From the NCBI GenBank assembly GCA_963762565.1, contig CAVXLD010000001.1, forward strand, positions 128,001 through 192,000: a stretch of 64,000 nucleotides of DNA, given 5' to 3'. How positions within the stretch are numbered: position 1 is the stretch's first letter; the number at the start of each line of letters is the position of its first letter. The translations under genes were made by a program, and so were the position numbers. Source of the stretch: an uncultured Verrucomicrobiae bacterium (GTDB lineage Bacteria > Verrucomicrobiota > Verrucomicrobiia > Chthoniobacterales > JAFAMB01). Below, in pieces: positions 56,401 to 64,000 of the stretch. The notes beneath the pieces are model-generated. The model saw only the letters and a list, made by a program, of their open reading frames with translations. It had not been told where the DNA came from and did no database searches.

Positions 56401-57663
56401 ATGAACAGCGATCTACTTGCGGTGCTCGATTATATGGAGCGCGAGAAAGGCATTAAGCGGGAAATACTGCTTGAGGCTTTATCTGGGGCTCTGCTCACCG
56501 CCGCAAAAAAGAGCGTCGGGCCTGCCCGCGATCTCCGAGTGACCATTGATCCGAAAACCGGGGAGATTACCGCTCTAGCCAATTTGGTCGTTGCCGACGT
56601 GGTGCGGAGCATTCATGACGAGATCACTCTCTCACGTGCCAGAAAGATTAAACCCGAGGCCGTTGTTGGCGATGTGATCGAAGTGGAAGTAACGCCTGAA
56701 GGCTTTGGTCGAATCGCTGCTCAGACTGCTCGCCAAGCCATCCTGCAGCGGATCCGCCAGATCGAAAAGGAAATGATTTTTGATGAGTTTAAGGACCGGG
56801 CCGGCGAAATCGTGAGCGGCACGGTGCGCCGGTTTGATCGCTCCGATGTGGTTGTGGATCTCGGCAAATTCGAGGCCGTAATGCCAATGCGCGAGCGTGT
56901 CGCCACTGAGGACTATAATATAGGGGACCGCATCCGGGCTTACGTTGTTGCTGTCGAAAACACCAACCGGGGCCCAGAGATCATTATCTCGAGGAGTCAC
57001 CCGAATTTCGTGCGCCGGCTGTTTGAAGTGGAAGTCAGTGAGATTGCTGACCGGACCGTCGAGATCAAGGCGATTTCCCGGGAAGCAGGTTATCGCACCA
57101 AGATCGCCGTCTGGTCTGCGGACGAAAAGGTGGATCCGGTGGGTGCTTGTGTCGGAATGCGGGGCTCCCGAGTAAAAAACATCGTGAGGGAACTGAACCA
57201 GGAAAAAGTGGATATTATCCGCTGGAGCGCGGACCCGCGGGAATTCGTAATGGAGGCGTTAAAGCCCGCCAAGATCAAATCGATCACGATCGATGAGGAG
57301 CGGAAAGCAGTGCAGGTGACGGTGGACGAAGATCAGCTCTCGCTTGCGATCGGGCGCCGTGGCCAAAATGCTCGATTAACCTCTCGCTTGTCTGGTTGGG
57401 AAATTAATATTTCCAAGGACGAGTCCGTTACGCACGCGTTTGAACAAAAGCTGGCTCAAGCCATCACGACTCTTGCCAAGACTCTTAATATCGACGAGGA
57501 GACAGCTCGGTCGCTGGCTCGGGCAGGGATGAATAGTGTCGACGGAATTTTGGAGATTGATCCAAAAGACATCGCGGAACTCCTGCAGATCGATTTAGAG
57601 CAGGCACAGAAAATTCAGGAATCGGCGAAAAAGGAACACGAACGAAAATTGGCGTCCATCTGA
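56401..57663 (+). CDS. nusA: Transcription termination factor NusA
   Basis: FGRIAAQTARQ, S1 domain, KH motifs DPVGACVG.RGSR and AIGRRGQN. Confidence 0.97.
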   Translation: MNSDLLAVLDYMEREKGIKREILLEALSGALLTAAKKSVGPARDLRVTIDPKTGEITALANLVVADVVRSIHDEITLSRARKIKPEAVVGDVIEVEVTPEGFGRIAAQTARQAILQRIRQIEKEMIFDEFKDRAGEIVSGTVRRFDRSDVVVDLGKFEAVMPMRERVATEDYNIGDRIRAYVVAVENTNRGPEIIISRSHPNFVRRLFEVEVSEIADRTVEIKAISREAGYRTKIAVWSADEKVDPVGACVGMRGSRVKNIVRELNQEKVDIIRWSADPREFVMEALKPAKIKSITIDEERKAVQVTVDEDQLSLAIGRRGQNARLTSRLSGWEINISKDESVTHAFEQKLAQAITTLAKTLNIDEETARSLARAGMNSVDGILEIDPKDIAELLQIDLEQAQKIQESAKKEHERKLASI

Positions 57664-57705
57664 AAGAGGTGGAGCGAATGCGAGAATTAGAGAAACAGAT
57701 CACTC

Positions 57706-60092
57706 ATGGTTACACGAGCAGGCACTCGAAAAGAATCCACCACGAAGACCCCGCGGAAGCACGATGCTCCCGCAGATAAGAGTGCTGCGCCCGTCCCCAC
57801 TTCCCCCACCGCCCCACGCCCGGCAGAGCCTAAGGAATCTACCGATCTAATTACTCCCAGGAAGAAACGGCCGCCTTCAAGCGGGGCAGGCGGGCCAGCG
57901 GCCCAGGCGGGCCAAGCGGCCCAGGCGGGCCAAGCGAACACAAACCGGCAGGGGCGAGGCGGTCCGGGGTGCCGCCAATCAGTAAGGCTCGGGTTCACCA
58001 GGCAGAGGCGAAGCCCGCCCCGAGCGCAAAAGAAACGCCTCCGGCGCAACCGGCACCAGGGTCGACCCCTCAGGCAAAGCCGGCCCCGAAACCCGAGACG
58101 GTTTCGCTCATTGAAGAGAAACGCCCAAAGAAGAACGAACCGGCGGCTACCACCGAGACGCGGTCTGTGCTTCCACCGATCTCGAAAATCAGGCCCCCTA
58201 CAATTTCCAAACCGGCTGAACCCGAACCAGCGCCTCAGCCGACGACAGCACCGGCCGAGCCCGTCGCTCCCGCAAGCGAGGCCCCTCGGACCGACCAGGT
58301 TCCCGCGGTATCCGACGATAAGACAGTTCATATCAAGCCGCCGATCATCGTCCGTGAGCTTGCTCAGCGGATCGGTATCAAACCGTTTCAGCTGATCAGT
58401 GATTTGATGGAGATGAATATCTTCGCCGCGATCAACCACTCGATCGAGCCCGACGTAGCAGCGGCGATCTGCAAGAAACACGGTTTCGTTTTCGAGGTCG
58501 AGAAACGGGAAAAAGGCGGCGGCGTTCATAAGCCGGAGCCAGTGGTGGAAAAACCACCAGTGCCGGTGACGCCACCGGAGCAAGAACTCGAGCTGCGTCC
58601 GCCGATCATCACTTTCATGGGTCATGTGGACCACGGGAAGACCTCGTTAATGGATGCGATCCGGAAGACACGGGTGGCGGCCGGTGAAGCCGGAGGAATC
58701 ACCCAGCATATCGGAGCCTACACGGTCAAGCACAACGCCCAGAAGATCACCTTTTTGGATACGCCTGGTCACGAGGCCTTTACAGCGATGCGAGCACGCG
58801 GCGCAAATGTAACCGATATCGTGGTACTCGTGGTTGCGGCTGATGACGGCATTATGCCGCAAACGATTGAAGCGATTAATCACGCCAAGGCGGCAAAAGT
58901 ATCGATCATCGTCGCGATCAACAAAATCGATTTACCGTCCGCGAATCCGGACCGAGTCAAAGGCCAGCTCCAGGAACGAGGGCTGACGCCCGAAGATTGG
59001 GGCGGCAACACAATTTGTTGTCTGGTGTCGGCCACGAAAGGTACGGGCATCGATCACCTGTTAGAGATGATGTTGCTACAGGCCGAAGTCATGGAGCTAA
59101 AGGCCAGCCCGTCGGTACCGGCTCGCGGTAACGTGATTGAAGCCCAAGTGGAACCAGGCCGCGGACCAACCGCAACCGTGGTGATACGGGTGGGCACTTT
59201 GAGCGTGGGTCAAGCTTTCATCTGCGGGAATTATTGGGGAAAGGTGAAATCTTTGATCAGTGATGCCGGACAGAACCTGAAAGAGGCCGGGCCTTCTACA
59301 CCAGTCAAAGTCCTTGGATTTACTGGGTTACCCAATGCTGGTGACGAGCTGCTAGTGACGGATTCCGAACGTTCAGCCCGGACGCTCAGCGAAGAACGGT
59401 TGCTAGAACTCCGGAATCACAAGCTGGCGATGCCGCAACGGGCGACCCTAGAATCGCTTTTCGATAATCTAGACGAAGGCAAGAAACAGCTGCAGCTCAT
59501 TCTGAAATGTGATGTGCAGGGGTCTGGTGAAGCGATTGCCGCGTCTCTCGGCCAGATCGAGAGCAAGAAGATCGACCTGGAGATCATTCACTCCGGTGTA
59601 GGCGCGATCAGCGAATCAGACGTCTTGCTAGCCAGCGCTTCCAATGCGGTCATCGTCGGATTCAATGTCAAGACCGAGAACCAAGCGGCAGCAGCAGCCA
59701 AGCGCGAAGGAATTCAGATCAAGCTTTTCAGCATCATCTACGAACTGATCGATCAAGTAAAAGAGGCCATGGTCGGGATGCTGGATCCGGAAATTCGGGA
59801 GGCTATTACTGGCCATGCCGAAGTCCGTCAAGTATTCGACCTGTCAAAAGGCACGGTCGCAGGTTGCTATGTTGTCGATGGCAGAATCATCCGTTCCGGC
59901 AGGGCGCGAGTCTTGCGCAAGCGGCAGCCAATTTATGATGGCGGAATCGCCACTCTGCGCCGGTTCCAAGACGATGTGAAAGAGGTCCGCGCCGGGGTCG
60001 AATGCGGCTGCAAGCTCGGAGATTTCAATGAATACGAGGTTGGTGATATCATCGAGTGTTACACACTGGAAAAGATCGCCCAACAACTGTAG
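57706..60092 (+). CDS. infB: Translation initiation factor IF-2 (apparent frameshift near 57966-57969)
   Basis: [17 protein letters not shown]. The N-terminal Pro/Ala-rich region from ATG 57706 joins the main frame if one G is added in the GGGG run. Confidence 0.93.
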
Positions 60093-60193
60093 CCTGGATT
60101 TTCTCGCAAAGCTCCGGCGCGTTCTCTATCGCGTCACGCCCTCTCTAAAGTTGCACCAGAAATCGCAGAACGTTTGCGAGAAAATTCAGGCTT

Positions 60194-60547
60194 ATGAAAC
60201 ATCGTTTGCAGCGGGTCAACGAGGTGGTTAAACGCGAGCTCAGTGAATTGATTACACGAGAGCTTAATTTTGAATCTGAAGTCCTGGTCACGATCCCGGC
60301 AGTTGAGATCAGCCCTGACCTTAAAAATTGCACTGTTTACGTCAGCGTCATCGGGGCAACCTATCAAAAGTCCGACGTAATCGCCGAACTGCAAGAACAC
60401 CGGATTAACCTTCAGCGAGAACTGTCAAAACGAGTGGTGCTAAAATATACTCCCCACCTACACTTCAAATTAGATAATTCGATTGAGCGCGGAAGCCGTG
60501 TGCTCGAGATCATTCAAGACCTCGAAGAACCGCCCCGGGAAGAATGA
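60194..60547 (+). CDS. rbfA: Ribosome-binding factor A
   Basis: R..RV.E, VEISPDL....VY, YTP.L.F..D.SIE; follows infB. Confidence 0.93.
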   Translation: MKHRLQRVNEVVKRELSELITRELNFESEVLVTIPAVEISPDLKNCTVYVSVIGATYQKSDVIAELQEHRINLQRELSKRVVLKYTPHLHFKLDNSIERGSRVLEIIQDLEEPPREE

Positions 60548-61521
60548 ATCAGGGATTTGCACCAATCGGAGACGTCCTCCAATCAGCTCGGACGTTCGCG
60601 GTGTTAACGCACGTGCGGCCGGACGGAGACGCCATCGGTTCACAACTGGCGATGGTACTGGCTTTGCAGAAACTGGGTAAGACCGTCGTGGCGTGGAATG
60701 AAGATGGACTACCAGAAAGCTTCGCGTTTTTGACCGGCTCGGAGTTGATTACGAAGCCGCCGGATCAGCCGATGGAATTTGACGTGGTACTGGCGCTGGA
60801 CACTGCAGCGAAAAATCGGCTCGGTACCGGCATCGACGCGGTCCGAGCCTACAAAACGCTAGTTAATATCGATCACCACGCGAGTAATCCTGGGTACGGT
60901 GATCTTAACTACATCGATGTTCAGGCACCGGCTACGGGTCAAATTATCTACGAGCTGCTCCAGGACCAAAAGCTTCCCTTTTTCCCAGAAATCGCTGATG
61001 CGCTCTTCGTCGCGATCTCAACTGACACGGGCTCTTTTCGCTACCAGAACACCACCGCGCAGACTTTTGAAATTGCCGGGAAATTGGTCGAAGCAGGTGT
61101 TGACCTGGCCACGATTTCACAACGCGTCTATGAGAACTATCCGAAGCGGCGGATCCTACTACTCGGCCAACTGGTCAATGAGGCGACCTTCCATGCGAAT
61201 GATCGCATAGCAACCTTTAGCCTGAGTGAGGCAACCAAAGCGAGATTGGCCATTGACCCGGCGGATATCGACGGGCTAATCGACGTCATCCGGAGCATTG
61301 ATACCGTGGTAGTCGCAATCTTCTTCGAAGAACTTGCAGAGCAGCGCGTTCGGATCAGTGTCCGATCAAAGGATCCTAAAATAGACGCGAACAAGATTTG
61401 CTCGACCTGGGGCGGAGGCGGTCATCAGCTGGCCGCCGGAGCGCGGATTCGGGGTACGCTGGAAGAGGTGCGTACGAAGGTAATCAGTTACGTCAGCAAT
61501 GAAGTCCTTAAGTACTCTTGA
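60544..61521 (+). CDS. nrnA: DHH/DHHA1 phosphoesterase (NrnA-like)
   Basis: H.RPDGDAIGS, IDHH, TDTGSF, GGGGH..AAG. Confidence 0.88.
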   Translation: MNQGFAPIGDVLQSARTFAVLTHVRPDGDAIGSQLAMVLALQKLGKTVVAWNEDGLPESFAFLTGSELITKPPDQPMEFDVVLALDTAAKNRLGTGIDAVRAYKTLVNIDHHASNPGYGDLNYIDVQAPATGQIIYELLQDQKLPFFPEIADALFVAISTDTGSFRYQNTTAQTFEIAGKLVEAGVDLATISQRVYENYPKRRILLLGQLVNEATFHANDRIATFSLSEATKARLAIDPADIDGLIDVIRSIDTVVVAIFFEELAEQRVRISVRSKDPKIDANKICSTWGGGGHQLAAGARIRGTLEEVRTKVISYVSNEVLKYS

Positions 61522-62221
61522 TGGGTTGCTGTTAGTCGACAAAGAAGAGCAAATGACCAGCCATGATGTCGTGGCAACGGTCCGACACCGTTTGGGGGTG
61601 CAGAAGGTGGGCCACTGCGGAACCCTTGATCCGTTTGCTACGGGCCTTTTACTAATCGTGATTGGTCGAGGCACTAAAATTCAGGACCTTTTGATGAGCG
61701 AGGATAAGGAGTATGTCGGGACCTTAAAGCTGGGTGTGACAACCGATTCACAAGACCGTGATGGCAATGTGCTTGAAACCCGTCCGGTAGAGCAAGTCGA
61801 GTCGGGCAAAATAGAGTTAGCCTTCAAGAAGTTCCATGGCGATTTCTATCAAATGCCTCCCATGGTTTCCGCCATTAAGCGAGACGGAGTGCCGCTTTAT
61901 AAGCTTGCTCGACAGGGTAAAGTGGTCGACCGCGAGCCCCGTTTCGTCCACGTGTATGCCCATGAGATAAAGGCGATCCGGTTGCCAGAAATCGACTTCC
62001 GAGTGATCTGCAGCAAAGGTTTTTATGTCAGAACGTATGCTCATGACATTGGCACTGAACTCGGATGTGGCGGCCATCTTTCCTCCTTGCGTCGTACTAA
62101 ATCGGGCCGCTTTTCGGTCGATCAGGCGATCACGGTCCAAGAAATCCGGGATTTAGACCGCGAAAACTTAACGACAAAAATCATTTCTTTACCCGACGTG
62201 TCCCGCATGCGCGGAGCCTAA
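61499..62221 (+). CDS. truB: tRNA pseudouridine(55) synthase
   Basis: VGHCGTLDPFATG, K.Y, PP.VSA, SKGFYVR. Confidence 0.95.
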   Translation: MKSLSTLDGLLLVDKEEQMTSHDVVATVRHRLGVQKVGHCGTLDPFATGLLLIVIGRGTKIQDLLMSEDKEYVGTLKLGVTTDSQDRDGNVLETRPVEQVESGKIELAFKKFHGDFYQMPPMVSAIKRDGVPLYKLARQGKVVDREPRFVHVYAHEIKAIRLPEIDFRVICSKGFYVRTYAHDIGTELGCGGHLSSLRRTKSGRFSVDQAITVQEIRDLDRENLTTKIISLPDVSRMRGA

Positions 62222-62225
62222 GCCC

Positions 62226-63173
62226 ATGAAGTTGTTGCAATCGGTGGAACAGCTTTCGACCCTTACCGGGCCGACTCATCTGGCTATCGGGGTTTTCGAT
62301 GGGATTCATCTTGGGCATCAGGCCGTAATCAAACGGGCGATCGCCGCCGCGGAAAAAGCGGGGGGCACCTCGGTGGTATTAACTTTTCATCCCCATCCGG
62401 TGCGAGTGCTTCGCCCTGAGAAAGCGCCGCGGCTTCTCACCTCCACTCAGCATAAGACGATGTTGATCGAGCAACTCGGCGTGGGAGCTCTCTTAATACA
62501 GGAGTTCACGCTCGCTTTTTCGCGAACACCGCCGCGCGATTTTGTTCTACAGCTGCTGCTGCATGCTAGACGGTTGCAAACGATTTGTGTGGGCGAAGGT
62601 TGGAGCTTCGGCGCCAATCGCTCCGGCTCGGTCGATCTGTTGGATGAACTTGCCCTCAGCGAAGGGTTCACTTTAGATACCGTTGAGCCCATCATTGTCG
62701 AAGGCGATGCAGTGAGTAGCACTAGAATTCGAGAAGCTGTCGAAAGAGGTGAACTTGCGCAGGCAGCGAAACTCTTAGGGCGACCGTTTACGGTCCTGGG
62801 AACGGTTACTAAAGGGAATCTTTTAGGTAGACAGCTCGGCTTCCCCACCGCAAATCTCCGTGCCCATAACGAGCAATTTCCTCCTAACGGCGTGTACGCG
62901 GTGAAAGCTTGGCACAAAGCCAAAGAGTACGGCGGCGTCGTTAACATTGGCATCCGGCCGACCCTGGAACAGACGATGGGTGAGCGGGTCCTTGAGATTC
63001 ACCTTTTTGATTTCGATCAGGATATCTATGGGGACGAGGTAGAAGTAAGTTTTCTAGAGTATCTGCGGCCGGAAAAGAAATTCGAGAGCCTCACACAGCT
63101 GAAGGAACAGATTGGGCGGGATGCAGGCGTGGCGTTGGGGATTTATCAGGGGCGGCGAGGCAGTGAAAAGTGA
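62226..63173 (+). CDS. ribF: Bifunctional riboflavin kinase / FAD synthetase
   Basis: GVFDGIHLGH, SSTRIR, GFPTAN, NIGIRPT, EIHL. Confidence 0.96.
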   Translation: MKLLQSVEQLSTLTGPTHLAIGVFDGIHLGHQAVIKRAIAAAEKAGGTSVVLTFHPHPVRVLRPEKAPRLLTSTQHKTMLIEQLGVGALLIQEFTLAFSRTPPRDFVLQLLLHARRLQTICVGEGWSFGANRSGSVDLLDELALSEGFTLDTVEPIIVEGDAVSSTRIREAVERGELAQAAKLLGRPFTVLGTVTKGNLLGRQLGFPTANLRAHNEQFPPNGVYAVKAWHKAKEYGGVVNIGIRPTLEQTMGERVLEIHLFDFDQDIYGDEVEVSFLEYLRPEKKFESLTQLKEQIGRDAGVALGIYQGRRGSEK

Positions 63174-63361
63174 TTGGTGAAAGGTGATTGGTGAAGTACG
63201 CCCAGCGCCGGTCGACGTCCAGAGTGAGACAGGCTAGCGGCTTCGACGATTTCCTAGGACCAATCTGCCACTAGATTTGGCCACGCGACAACCTCTCCGA
63301 AAACCTCTAGGTCATTTAGAAGCCTCGCCCCACCAATCACCAATCACTAATCACCAATCAC

Positions 63362-63874
63362 TTATCTGCCACTCACCCCTAGCCGGCCCAAGACGCCCAG
63401 CGTCAAAGTTCCCGTCACTGGCTGGCCGGAACTGACTTGATAGCGCTGGAGAGCAGTCTGCGTGTTGGGGCCAAAGTCGCCGTCGATGTCACCATTATAG
63501 TACCCCAACCGGTGCAACGCTTGTTGGACCTGGCGTACCTGTCCGATGGTATAACCGTTGACTGCAGTTCGGTCTGCTGATTCGATCGTTGTGCCCAAAG
63601 GCAATTTTCTTGGCGCAGGATCGATCTGAACCCGAGGCGCCAGCTTAGCTTCCTCGATTGGCGGATTGACAAGCAGGTTATTATCAAGCGGACTGTAGAG
63701 TGAGCGATACTGTTGCGTATTCGCAAACGATCGGACCTGCGGTAAATGCACCTGCGGAACATGGACCGCAATCGGTGCTTCGATATGCGGGGCAACTACT
63801 ATCACCGGCCGCGACTGCGCTTGCGTCGAAGAAGCAGCGCCCACAAACAACAAACAGAAGAACAACTTTCCCAT
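63362..63874 (-). CDS. Secreted protein with C-terminal peptidoglycan-binding domain
   Basis: Signal peptide; VQQAL..LGYY.G.IDG.FGP.T..AL..YQ...G.PVTG. Confidence 0.85.
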   Translation of the reverse strand: MGKLFFCLLFVGAASSTQAQSRPVIVVAPHIEAPIAVHVPQVHLPQVRSFANTQQYRSLYSPLDNNLLVNPPIEEAKLAPRVQIDPAPRKLPLGTTIESADRTAVNGYTIGQVRQVQQALHRLGYYNGDIDGDFGPNTQTALQRYQVSSGQPVTGTLTLGVLGRLGVSGR

Positions 63875-63928
63875 AAGAAACCTCCTCAACGACCGGCCCA
63901 CCTTCGTTGCGCTATCGCGCGACGGCTA

Positions 63929-64000
63929 TGCACGGTGAGGGAATCGAACCCCCGACCTACTGGGTGTAAACCAGTCGCTCTACCGCTAAGCTAACCGTGC
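63929..64000 (-). tRNA. tRNA-Val (TAC)
   Basis: GCACGGTTAGCTTAGCGGTAGAGCGACTGGTTTACACCCAGTAGGTCGGGGGTTCGATTCCCTCACCGTGCA. Confidence 0.93.

Noticed and set aside
57687..58634. 315-aa minus-strand ORF
   Set aside because: Antisense shadow of the GC-rich infB region with no recognisable motifs.

Overview
A GC-rich bacterial window with no phage, CRISPR or rRNA signal. Gene content and order suggest a soil Verrucomicrobiota/Chthoniobacterales-like genome (inference only). Housekeeping blocks: a fatty-acid beta-oxidation cluster (fadL fragment divergent from fadD, thiolase, fadJ-like and an acyl-CoA oxidase-like gene), ribBA-ribH-nusB-ftsY-opgD, rpsN, pgm, thyA-folA/folE2, nusA-infB-rbfA-DHH-truB-ribF, tRNA-Lys(TTT) and tRNA-Val(TAC). 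An accessory zone (~31-56 kb) holds secreted repeat proteins, several decayed genes and an IS4-family element carrying an AbrB-like passenger. The strongest candidate for an undescribed system is at 51.9-52.5 kb. There a stand-alone 84-aa GIY-YIG nuclease gene lies 12 bp downstream of the intact tRNA-Lys, and both are bracketed by two partial tRNA copies whose anticodon loops are replaced by the palindrome CCCGAAAGCTTTCGGG. The nuclease takes its stop codon from one copy. Across the window, 15-31 nt hairpin units sit inside other repeats and inside each other without obvious target duplications. Other highlights: a DUF4105/Lnb-type acyltransferase translationally coupled to an Lnt homolog lacking its catalytic motifs, and a secreted protein with ~11-12 copies of a 13-aa unit resembling a multi-core peptide precursor. 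Several single-base frameshifts, including one in infB, may be sequencing indels. All calls come from reading the sequence by eye; no searches were run.
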